Positions 1 through 6,178 are shown, numbered from the stretch's first letter. The stretch is 9,668 nucleotides of DNA from a virus (IMGVR_UViG_2657245500_000002:1-9668); one strand, 5' to 3'. Notes: generated from the sequence alone by a model not told the origin. Program-made: numbers and translations.

Positions 1-415
1 CGGCTATGCCTGACTTAAGCCGAGCATTTTCCATAAATAGAACTTTTGCCCGCTGTTTTTCTGCTTCAAGCTCAACGCGCAGCTTCCCTACCGTTAGCGC
101 AATATCCTCGTTCTCCTGATCGCGGCTTTTGATGTATTGCAGGTTTCTTTCCCGTTCATCCAGCAGTGCCAGCACGGTAGCCGGGTTAGCCTCTGCTATG
201 AATTCAGCGTTTGCATAAGCCTGAGCATCTGTTTCAATCAGGCAGTTAATATGACATTCCGCAATCACGCCACCGGGTTCTCCTTTCCATTTTTGGCAAA
301 CAAAAACTCCTGTTAAATTGCCGTGCTGGTTAACAGATGTATGCCCTACGATGTAGCTTCCTTTAGTTGCTTTCTCTGCCTTTTCACGCAGTGCCTGATA
401 GTCAATCTTGCTCAC
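1..415 (-). CDS. Ead/Ea22-like prophage protein, N-terminal ~138 codons only (C-terminus lies beyond the window start)
   Basis: Minus-strand frame open from the window edge up to a GTG at ~413-415, preceded by AGGAGG about 6 nt upstream. Hand translation: MSKIDYQALREKAEKATKGSYIVGHTSVNQHGNLTGVFVCQKWKGEPGGVIAECHINCLIETDAQAYANAEFIAEANPATVLALLDERERNLQYIKSRDQENEDIALTVGKLRVELEAEKQRAKVLFMENARLKSGIA. The FIAEANPA..L.LLDERE segment and following coiled coil match what I recall of Ea22-family proteins. Not in the ORF track because it is truncated. Confidence 0.5.
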   Translation of the reverse strand, partial: MSKIDYQALREKAEKATKGSYIVGHTSVNQHGNLTGVFVCQKWKGEPGGVIAECHINCLIETDAQAYANAEFIAEANPATVLALLDERERNLQYIKSRDQENEDIALTVGKLRVELEAEKQRAKVLFMENARLKSGIA

Positions 416-716
416 TGGCTGCCTCCTTTGCCGGGATTTCTAACTTTTGAGTGGTTGTATCAAATTCAAACAACTTAACCACGTCATCAAACAGGACATA
501 ATCACCATCAGGATCTTCAGTCATATCTGCGCCACAATCCTGACCGCACGAGTCGCAACCATCCATATCAAGCTCGTATCGCTTCAGGTTTGCGATATTT
601 GATAAATTCAGCGCCAGTACAGCCAGGTCATAAACCTCTTCGGCAGTGACATCGCTGTTCAGTCCCATTTCATGGCGATATATGATTTTTTCTACTCGTT
701 GTTTTGTGATCGTCAT
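402..716 (-). CDS. Hypothetical acidic protein with CxxC-x3-C cluster
   Basis: ORF track 402..740 (112 aa, TTG-initiated as listed). The in-frame ATG at 714-716 (MTITKQRVEKI...) is the more credible start. Cys cluster DGCDSCGQDCG and strongly acidic C-terminal half. No family recognised. Confidence 0.45.
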   Translation of the reverse strand: MTITKQRVEKIIYRHEMGLNSDVTAEEVYDLAVLALNLSNIANLKRYELDMDGCDSCGQDCGADMTEDPDGDYVLFDDVVKLFEFDTTTQKLEIPAKEAASEQD

Positions 717-746
717 TTTTCTCTTCACTCCGATATACAAGGATTA

Positions 747-986
747 CTACACCCCCTCTGCTGATTGCGCGAGCTGGATCCCCTGGTTCCATGCCGTCAA
801 TTCCGAAGGCTTCGAAAATGCATCCATTGCCTTCTGGCGTTGCTCCTGCTTACGGCGTTTATTCCATTTTTTCATGAACAACAGTGACAGCCATCGTCCG
901 CTGCAGAACATGATGTAGAAATAACCAAGAAGTGCCAGGCCGGTGTTCAGGGCCATATCAATCGTTATCGCCGGGTCAATATTCAC
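747..986 (-). CDS. Small membrane protein (one predicted TM helix, basic tail)
   Basis: ORF track. GTG start at 984-986 with AGGAGG 6 nt upstream; start overlaps the stop of the upstream DUF4406-like gene (976-978). Hydrophobic stretch AITIDMALNTGLALLGYFYIMF followed by KKWNKRRKQEQRQK. Confidence 0.5.
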   Translation of the reverse strand: MNIDPAITIDMALNTGLALLGYFYIMFCSGRWLSLLFMKKWNKRRKQEQRQKAMDAFSKPSELTAWNQGIQLAQSAEGV

Positions 987-1278
987 TGCCCACCTCCTGA
1001 AAAATCACCGCATGGCCCAGTTTCTCCGCCAGTGCCAGCTCAGCCCTTGCACCTGCCGACTGCTGCCAGCCTTTCAGCATGTAAACCGCATCCACGCAAC
1101 GGAGCATTGCCATGCAAATATCCATGTAGTGTGGTTGAGTCAGCCCGTCCGGAAGTACTGCCGGGTTTAAAACGGTATGCCCTTCCCGTTTCAGCGCATC
1201 TTCCGCCCTGTGAAACGCCTCGCGGTTGAAATTTTCATATCCCGTCATCGGACCGGCGATATAAATCCTCACCCTCAC
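976..1278 (-). CDS. DUF4406 / nucleoside 2-deoxyribosyltransferase-like phage protein
   Basis: ORF track. GTG start at 1276-1278 overlaps the TGA of the upstream gene (GTGA), with GGAGG ~8 nt upstream. N-terminal IYIAGPMTG...N...F motif and ~100-aa size match the DUF4406 pattern as recalled (not searched). Confidence 0.65.
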   Translation of the reverse strand: MRVRIYIAGPMTGYENFNREAFHRAEDALKREGHTVLNPAVLPDGLTQPHYMDICMAMLRCVDAVYMLKGWQQSAGARAELALAEKLGHAVIFQEVGSEY

Positions 1279-1529
1279 TCCTGAACCCTCCTGTCGAAAT
1301 AAACGTAGTTATTCACTGCGCCCAACTTCATCCCAAACTTTTCGGCAATTTCCCGTCGGGGTACGCCACGCTGATGCAGTTGCCGCGCCAGCTCAATATC
1401 ACGCTGTGAATATTTTGCCGACGGGTGAAAATCACCCCGTAAAATCATGCTGATACCCAGTTCCCGCGCTTTCGTCCTGACGGCTGACTCACTACGACCA
1501 ATCAGATAACCGATGCTTTCGACTCTCAT
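1275..1529 (-). CDS. Putative small DNA-binding protein (two HTH-like segments)
   Basis: ORF track 1275..1679 trimmed to the internal ATG at 1527-1529 (MRVESIGYLIGRSE...) to avoid a 90-nt overlap with the upstream gene. RBS is weak, so the start is uncertain. HTH-like segments SESAVRTKARELGIS and RREIAEKFGMKLGAVNNYV. Confidence 0.45.
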   Translation of the reverse strand: MRVESIGYLIGRSESAVRTKARELGISMILRGDFHPSAKYSQRDIELARQLHQRGVPRREIAEKFGMKLGAVNNYVYFDRRVQE

Positions 1530-1588
1530 CGTTCCCGCACACTGCCGGAGTATCAGGATTTCAGCCCAGCGCCACTTCTTCCAGCCAC

Positions 1589-2305
1589 TCACCGCTGCTG
1601 CTCTCTGGTGGCGGTAATATCCCGGAGAATATCCCTGTGTTTGTTCAGTTCCCGCAGCGCAGCACAGACTCGCTCCCACTTCTGGACATCACTTTTCGCC
1701 CGGCGCAGCTCGCGGTTAGCCACATGCAGCGATGGTAGAATCAGGTCATCTGCTTTCATTTCGGTGATCGATGGCTGTAACCTCACAATGTCTTCCACGA
1801 TTTCTGTTTTCATTTCTTCCTGTGCCATCATTTCCTGTACTGGTAACGCAACACCTGCTGGCTGAGGAAAGGCTTTACCATCGGTTTCCGCTACGGATGC
1901 AGCTTCCGGCTCTGCCGGTAAATCAGCGCCCGGTATGCAGTAACGAAATTTACCACCCTGATTCACGCGAATCAGACGCCCTTTGCTGATTGCCATGGCC
2001 AGCGATGAATTCGCCCGGCGGGAGGTAATCCCGAACATCAGTGCCAGCTCATCCGCCGTTTGTGGGCCATGTTGTTCAATCGCCTCAGTCAGCATTTGCG
2101 CTGTCACTTTCGGTACCGGTGACACCGGTTCACTTTCACCAGCCTGAATCAGCCACCACATCGAACCCTTGTTATCCGCTTCACCGCGGCGCTTCAGTTT
2201 CCACAGTTCGTTGACCGCATCTTCACGGCTGATTCCAAGGCGGGCCGCCACTACCTGTGAAGAGGCTCTTTTCAGTGCTTTCAGTGCGTCAAATACGGTT
2301 TCCAT
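1589..2305 (-). CDS. DUF1627-like protein with two tandem winged-helix-like segments
   Basis: ORF track 1589..2323 (TTG). In-frame ATG at 2303-2305 with GGAGG 8 nt upstream preferred. Two wHTH-like repeats ([41 protein letters not shown] and [44 protein letters not shown]), acidic linker, coiled-coil C-terminus. Family assignment is recalled, not verified. Confidence 0.55.
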   Translation of the reverse strand: METVFDALKALKRASSQVVAARLGISREDAVNELWKLKRRGEADNKGSMWWLIQAGESEPVSPVPKVTAQMLTEAIEQHGPQTADELALMFGITSRRANSSLAMAISKGRLIRVNQGGKFRYCIPGADLPAEPEAASVAETDGKAFPQPAGVALPVQEMMAQEEMKTEIVEDIVRLQPSITEMKADDLILPSLHVANRELRRAKSDVQKWERVCAALRELNKHRDILRDITATREQQR

Positions 2306-2338
2306 TAAAATTTCCTCCGACAAAATCGTTTCTCAGAC

Positions 2339-3001
2339 TCAAATAAAACCAGCTGCCTTCCGGCGTTCGTATTCCTGTTTCAGCCGTTCAATTGGCGTTG
2401 GCCCTTGCGGGTGTTTCGCCCCTTCCAGTTGTCGTCGCACTGGCGGAACACTCATCCCGTTACCAACATGCTTTGCCCATTTCGTCAGTTGCCGTTCCGC
2501 AAGTCGTTTTAACTCACCCTGCGTCATCTGGCGCTCAATCCCTCTGGTACGCATTTCGAGGCAGATGTGGTACAGCACAGGCTGTGGCCACGGGTATTTA
2601 TCACTCCCGTCGTATCGCCAGGATTCATTGCGCCAGCGCCGGTACTCTTCCATCACTGCATCCACCGTAAGACCAAATGGATTTGCCCCACTCTCCGAAA
2701 TCAGTGCAACAAACTCAGCCAGGTCTGGGGGCCACGTTTCACCCGCCCGGCAGCGGTCCATGCACTGACGGCAGACCAGCCGGATTTGCTGTTCAGTCAT
2801 CGTGCCAATCTGGGCAATCCAGAGCTTCGAAGGTGCGGCCCCGTTCTTCTGAGTCCAGCGGTTCGAATACACCTCCCCCATAAGCTCCCACAGCTTCCAG
2901 GCCATTTCCGTTGCTGATAAATCCGTTGTCTCGTTCCCACTGTTCGCGTGCTGCCCGGATTTCCTGAACTGCCCGTGATGCCGTGCCACCTGATGCTGCA
3001 T
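2339..3001 (-). CDS. Replication protein P-like (lambda P family, DnaB helicase loader)
   Basis: ORF track. ATG at 2999-3001 with GGGGG 6 nt upstream. C-terminal two thirds align by eye with lambda P (PPDLAEFVALI vs PSPGQFVAWC; YPWPQPVLYHICLEMRTRGI...ELKRLAERQL vs YPWKSNAHYWLVTNLYQNMRANALTDAELRRKAADEL). The 5' 209 nt overlap the O-like gene out of frame; alternative internal starts at 2905, 2881 and 2800. Confidence 0.7.
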   Translation of the reverse strand: MQHQVARHHGQFRKSGQHANSGNETTDLSATEMAWKLWELMGEVYSNRWTQKNGAAPSKLWIAQIGTMTEQQIRLVCRQCMDRCRAGETWPPDLAEFVALISESGANPFGLTVDAVMEEYRRWRNESWRYDGSDKYPWPQPVLYHICLEMRTRGIERQMTQGELKRLAERQLTKWAKHVGNGMSVPPVRRQLEGAKHPQGPTPIERLKQEYERRKAAGFI

Positions 3002-3830
3002 GGCTTACCCCCTTGCTGACTGGTTTTACCTGTGTCCTGACGTGCTGCACGTGGCGGGCAAATTTCTGCTCCCACTGAACCTGTGTGAAAACCTTCCCCT
3101 CCGCCATCCAGTAATCCCGGAATGCGGCAAGCTCAGCAGGTGTAAATTCCGGCTCAGGCAGAGCCATACCCCACACTGCTGCCCGTTGTCGAAAATCCGA
3201 CGACGGCTGCCAGACAGTAGTCATCGAAAATTTCCCGATCGGTTCGCTCAGGCCGTCCAGGTATTCAGGTTCGGCTGTCTGCAACGGCGCACCATGCGAC
3301 TCACCGGTTGGAGCACTCTCGCGCATGCGCGCGTTATGTGTGGGGTTTAATTCTGTATCTGTATCTTTATCTGTCGTGACTTGTCGTGACAGATGCGTGA
3401 CACGTCGTGACTCATCGTGACAATCAGCATCATATTTCCGCAGCTTTTCGCGCTCCCGCTGCGCTCTCTTGCGCTCTGCCGGGGATTTTGCCGTTTGCGA
3501 AACGTTACCATTGTCCTCTTTCAGCACCTGACGTTTTTCCCATCCGGAAATAAGGTCACCATCCAGAACCCGCCCCTGCATTGCATGCAAAATTGAATCA
3601 ATTACGTCTTCCGTCACATCAAGCGCACTTGCTAAATCTTCCGTCGTGACATCAATGTGACCACGTAGTGACACGCCGTGACATGTCGTGACATTTCGTG
3701 ACGCACTCACCAGAAGGTGGATATACACCGCCATCACTGTTGCGATTGGCTGTCCTGAGACCCTGGCAATGGTTCGCCATTTGGGATCATTTGGCATGTC
3801 ATGCCACAATCTGAGCCAGGCATTAGCCAT
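2793..3830 (-). CDS. Replisome organizer (lambda O-like / YdaU-like replication initiator)
   Basis: ORF track 2793..3836 (GTG). ATG at 3828-3830 with GAGG 5 nt upstream preferred. N-terminus WLRLWHDMPNDPKWRTIA matches the phage replisome-organizer N-terminal domain signature; C-terminal half resembles the DnaT/YdaU-like region. The gene contains the phased repeat arrays listed below. Confidence 0.75.
   Translation of the reverse strand: MANAWLRLWHDMPNDPKWRTIARVSGQPIATVMAVYIHLLVSASRNVTTCHGVSLRGHIDVTTEDLASALDVTEDVIDSILHAMQGRVLDGDLISGWEKRQVLKEDNGNVSQTAKSPAERKRAQREREKLRKYDADCHDESRRVTHLSRQVTTDKDTDTELNPTHNARMRESAPTGESHGAPLQTAEPEYLDGLSEPIGKFSMTTVWQPSSDFRQRAAVWGMALPEPEFTPAELAAFRDYWMAEGKVFTQVQWEQKFARHVQHVRTQVKPVSKGVSHAASGGTASRAVQEIRAAREQWERDNGFISNGNGLEAVGAYGGGVFEPLDSEERGRTFEALDCPDWHDD
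3375..3421. repeat. Iteron-like array A: 5 direct copies of CGTGAC phased at 10-11 bp, inside the O-like gene
   Basis: CGTGAC at 3375, 3385, 3396, 3406, 3416 (spacing 10/11/10/10). Flanked on the low-coordinate side by a TATCT-type short repeat (3351-3372) and on the other by three GCGCTC copies (3449-3478). Encodes residues ~136-152 of the O-like protein. Confidence 0.6.
3645..3703. repeat. Iteron-like array B: 6 direct copies of (C/T/A)GTGAC phased at 10-12 bp, inside the O-like gene
   Basis: CGTGAC at 3645, TGTGAC 3656, AGTGAC 3668, CGTGAC 3678, 3688, 3698. An inverted copy (ccGTCAC) sits near 3613-3618. Encodes residues ~42-62 of the O-like protein. Confidence 0.55.
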
Positions 3831-3898
3831 ACTCACCTCATCTGATACCGAACTTTACCCTCGAACATCCGGAAGAAATCCGGCATGAATATTGTTGG

Positions 3899-4324
3899 TC
3901 AATGCACGACAACAGCATTACCAGGCTGACCACCACTGTTAGTCAGGGTGCCCCAGGCGATCGCCGCTGCGACAAAATCATCCACATCTTTCACCAGCCG
4001 ATCCCTCCGTTCGACGATCTCACGGTAATATTCAGAGCTGTGACTGCGCATACGGGCCACCAGCAGAGGCGGCATTGCCTTTTCGATCGCCGGTAACAGA
4101 GCCTGAATTTTTTCAACAGCATCAGGGGTGTCTTTATCCAGCCAACGGAAAATTTTCTGGGTATTACGAGCCAGGGCTTCCGGATGGCTGTCGTCGTACA
4201 GTTCCGGGAACGTCATTCCCAGCTCGAAATACGCTTTGGTAATTTTCGCAGCCGGTACTTTTTCGCCGTCCGGATGCGCCCAGACATTCATCGCCATGCG
4301 GATGTGTTCATGCTTGATTTTCAT
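3899..4324 (-). CDS. YdaT-like protein (CII-position regulator, toxin-annotated family)
   Basis: ORF track. ATG at 4322-4324 with AGGAG 8 nt upstream. Begins MKIKHEHI and ends VVVH, as recalled for Rac YdaT. Overlaps the cro-like stop by 17 nt. Confidence 0.7.
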   Translation of the reverse strand: MKIKHEHIRMAMNVWAHPDGEKVPAAKITKAYFELGMTFPELYDDSHPEALARNTQKIFRWLDKDTPDAVEKIQALLPAIEKAMPPLLVARMRSHSSEYYREIVERRDRLVKDVDDFVAAAIAWGTLTNSGGQPGNAVVVH

Positions 4325-4589
4325 GAATCAAGCTCCTAGAAAGTGGTTGTGTTAACGTTTTGGTATCTTCCAGCTCGGGCCAAATATTCATCCAATCAAA
4401 AGGCCTTAGTTGCTGACGTGTAACTTCACCATTACTGGCTCGCTCAATAAGGACACATAACGATGCCCCTAACACTTGACCTTTACTCAATGCTTTTCTT
4501 AGATAACCGATGCTGGTATCACACTCGCATGCAAACATACGCTGTTCATCTGACGAAAGAGAATTGAGAAATATTCTTAATTCTTCCAT
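4308..4589 (-). CDS. Cro-like HTH regulator, YdaS family
   Basis: ORF track. ATG at 4587-4589 with AAGGAG 5 nt upstream. Segment LCVLIERASNGEVTRQQLRPFDW matches the YdaS-type motif as recalled. First gene of the leftward operon, divergent from the repressor. Confidence 0.7.
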   Translation of the reverse strand: MEELRIFLNSLSSDEQRMFACECDTSIGYLRKALSKGQVLGASLCVLIERASNGEVTRQQLRPFDWMNIWPELEDTKTLTQPLSRSLIHENQA

Positions 4590-4594
4590 AGCTA

Positions 4595-4689
4595 CTCCTT
4601 AGTAAACACAGCAAAGAATACCCGCAGGTAAACAAAAGTCAATACCCACAGGTTGTTTACCTTGCGGTAATCGCATCTATTATTTACCT
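4595..4689. promoter_or_regulatory. Immunity switch: divergent promoters plus three operator-like palindromes
   Basis: TACC-N4-GGTA-type sites at 4619-4630 (tacccgcaggta), 4643-4654 (tacccacaggtt) and 4658-4669 (taccttgcggta). Leftward promoter: -35 TTGACT (revcomp of 4637-4642), 16-bp spacer, -10 TATTCT (revcomp of 4615-4620). Rightward promoter: -10 TATTAT (4678-4683), weak -35, start site predicted at the A of the repressor ATG (leaderless). Confidence 0.55.
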
Positions 4690-5109
4690 ATGGACAAATA
4701 TGAATTTAGACGACAGCAACTCATCAAAATTCGTGATGAGAAATGCGATGGTAAAGCGGTTAACGTGGCCAGAAAGATCGGGCGCGAGCCTTCTTATGTA
4801 TCAAGAATGTTGTACCCAGAGGGGAAAAAGGGAAAAAAACGGATCGCTGATGATATGGTGGAGATTATCGAAGAGTCCTTTGGGTTACCCCGGGGATGGA
4901 TGGATGGTATCGTTTCATCATCAACGAACACAGCCTCCAGTTATGAAACAAGGGTTCTAACGCCACGACAACGTATTTTTTTAGATCTCTTAGACGAACT
5001 GCCAGAAAGTGAAGCGGATAAATTATTAAAAACTCTTGAAGAGAAAAAACAGTATTACAATATGATCTACGAAGAAATCCGTAAAAAGAAAGCACAAAAC
5101 GCATCATAG
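4690..5109 (+). CDS. Prophage repressor, DicA/RacR-like HTH protein without peptidase domain
   Basis: ORF track. N-terminal HTH (GKAVNVARKIGREPSYVSRML); C-terminal LDLLDELPESEADKLL resembles the DicA ALPESEQD motif as recalled. 139 aa with no S24 peptidase domain. No SD upstream, consistent with leaderless translation. Confidence 0.75.
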   Translation: MDKYEFRRQQLIKIRDEKCDGKAVNVARKIGREPSYVSRMLYPEGKKGKKRIADDMVEIIEESFGLPRGWMDGIVSSSTNTASSYETRVLTPRQRIFLDLLDELPESEADKLLKTLEEKKQYYNMIYEEIRKKKAQNAS

Positions 5110-5152
5110 CTCACCAAACAACTAGTCACCAGTTAAGACACCGCAAAAATTT

Positions 5153-5187
5153 ACCCATAGGTATTTACTTTTTAAATACCTATGGGT
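5153..5187. terminator. Palindromic hairpin (15-bp perfect stem, 5-nt loop) after the repressor gene; probable bidirectional intrinsic terminator
   Basis: acccataggtattta (5153-5167) and taaatacctatgggt (5173-5187) are exact reverse complements. A-tract upstream (aaaaattt), T-rich tract downstream (tccttcttttcat). Lies 44 nt after the repressor stop. Confidence 0.5.
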
Positions 5188-5373
5188 ATCCTTCTTTTCA
5201 TACCAACCCACCCCGCCCCACAGAATGCAGGGCAATACTTCGAGTTACCCGGCAGTGGTCAGGGGTTAAGTAGCCAGCCCGAGGCGTATGAACATGACGG
5301 CGGGAACACTTTGTATAACAGCGCAGCAGGTTTTTGTTCCGCTCCCCCGGCGTTAAGGGGAAATGAGGTCAAC

Positions 5374-5526
5374 ATGGATACTATCGATCTTGGCAACAGC
5401 GAATCTCTGGTATGCGGCGTGTTTCCCAACCAGGACGGCACGTTTACCGCGATGACGTATACCAAAAGTAAAACGTTTAAAACCGAAGCTGGCGCGCATC
5501 GCTGGTTAGCAAGAAACTCCGACTGA
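5374..5526 (+). CDS. YdfA/YdaF-like small protein (50 aa)
   Basis: Internal ATG at 5374-5376 of ORF track 5182..5526, with GAGG 5 nt upstream; the longer listed ORF would start inside the terminator hairpin. Product MDTIDLGNSESLVCGVFPNQDGTFTAMTYTKSKTFKTEAGAHRWLARNSD resembles the ~50-aa proteins encoded next to dicA/racR (recalled). Confidence 0.6.
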   Translation: MDTIDLGNSESLVCGVFPNQDGTFTAMTYTKSKTFKTEAGAHRWLARNSD

Positions 5527-5537
5527 TGAGGTTGACG

Positions 5538-5939
5538 ATGGAATTTAAAGATTTACCAGTACCATTCCAGGAAATGGCATCTAATGTGGTTCGCTCTCAA
5601 CTGGCGACTCTTGACCTGAGTACTGTAGAAAAGGAAACCATCGATACTATATCCGGTAACGTGCGTCGTGCCTTTATAGGTCTGTATGAAGAGAAGCGCC
5701 TATTCGGCGGACAGAATTCGACTGAAAACAAGAATCAAGCAAATGATGAGAAGCTGAAACACATTATCGCCTTACTTTTGGAAGACGCAAAACGTCTACA
5801 GCAACTGGAACCAAATGCAGGCACAGAGGCCCGCATTTGGATTGCCATGAAATCACTCAAATGTGAAAGCAGTGATTATTTCAAAACAACAATTAAAACT
5901 ACTCAACTTTCGGGAGAGCTACTGAAGAAATTGCCATAA
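5538..5939 (+). CDS. Hypothetical protein, 133 aa, no recognisable domain
   Basis: ORF track 5526..5939. ATG at 5538-5540 with GAGG 6 nt upstream preferred (the ATG at 5526 overlaps the upstream stop as TGATG). No TM segment or motif recognised; lower GC than flanks. Confidence 0.6.
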   Translation: MEFKDLPVPFQEMASNVVRSQLATLDLSTVEKETIDTISGNVRRAFIGLYEEKRLFGGQNSTENKNQANDEKLKHIIALLLEDAKRLQQLEPNAGTEARIWIAMKSLKCESSDYFKTTIKTTQLSGELLKKLP

Positions 5940-6093
5940 GAGCATGGTCTTTCTCTTGTTCTGCAAGATGAGCATTAATACCTGCTATGGTTTTTTCAAA
6001 TTTATCTATCTGTTGAATAACAACTTCGCGGTATACGTTTGTATTTGTACCACCAAGCGCAGCCGTTAATGCAGAAAGCATATTTAGTATCAT
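5899..6093 (-). CDS. Small ORF-b (64 aa), translationally coupled to ORF-a
   Basis: In-frame internal ATG (6091-6093) of ORF track 5899..6183, placed 1 nt after the TGA of ORF-a (TGAtATG). Product MILNMLSALTAALGGTNTNVYREVVIQQIDKFEKTIAGINAHLAEQEKDHALMAISSVALPKVE. Its 3' end overlaps the 3' end of the 133-aa gene by 41 nt (convergent). The track's GTG at 6183 directly abuts the SD and is implausible as a start. Confidence 0.35.
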   Translation of the reverse strand: MILNMLSALTAALGGTNTNVYREVVIQQIDKFEKTIAGINAHLAEQEKDHALMAISSVALPKVE

Positions 6094-6094
6094 A

Positions 6095-6178
6095 TCAGTG
6101 CGATATGAAAAGAATCCTGATAGCTTCATCTTGTTTTTCAATAATAGATTGCAGGGCCTCAATTTGCTTTTTATCCAT
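6095..6178 (-). CDS. Small ORF-a (27 aa) with strong SD
   Basis: Below the ORF-track size cut-off. ATG at 6176-6178 preceded by AGGAGG (revcomp of 6184-6189) with a 5-nt spacer. Product MDKKQIEALQSIIEKQDEAIRILFISH looks like an amphipathic helix. TGA at 6095-6097. Confidence 0.3.
   Translation of the reverse strand: MDKKQIEALQSIIEKQDEAIRILFISH

Noticed and set aside
3375-3703. CRISPR array as an explanation for the CGTGAC repeats
   Set aside because: Repeat units are ~10 bp with no spacers of CRISPR size, and they lie inside a coding sequence. Iterons are the better explanation.
3869-3883. Small hairpin CCGGA-agaaa-TCCGG between ydaT-like and O-like genes as a tR1-like terminator
   Set aside because: Only a 5-bp stem with no U-tract; too weak to call.
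646-4355. Plus-strand ORFs 646..918, 943..1170, 1032..1229, 1608..1865, 1771..1989, 2169..2768, 2392..2670, 2567..2917, 2677..2883, 3000..3350, 3688..3888, 3902..4096 and 4128..4355, and minus ORF 2797..3075
   Set aside because: Antisense or alternative-frame shadows of the well-supported minus-strand operon. Products are Arg/Ser/Pro-rich and lack RBSs.
5182-5373. N-terminal extension of ORF track 5182..5526 (114 aa)
   Set aside because: Its ATG lies inside the right arm of the terminator hairpin and the first 64 codons are Pro/Gly-rich and low-complexity. The internal ATG at 5374 with a GAGG SD gives the 50-aa YdfA/YdaF-like protein.
4700-5465. ORFs 4700..4960 (+), 4865..5107 (-) and 5259..5465 (-)
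   Set aside because: Alternative-frame or antisense ORFs over the repressor gene and the terminator/intergenic region; no start signals.
5944-6072. Plus-strand 42-codon ORF (MVFLLFCKMSINTCYGFF...) after the 133-aa gene, size-matched to Qin ydfB
   Set aside because: Hydrophobic low-complexity translation and poor RBS spacing. It is the antisense of the more protein-like minus-strand ORF-b.
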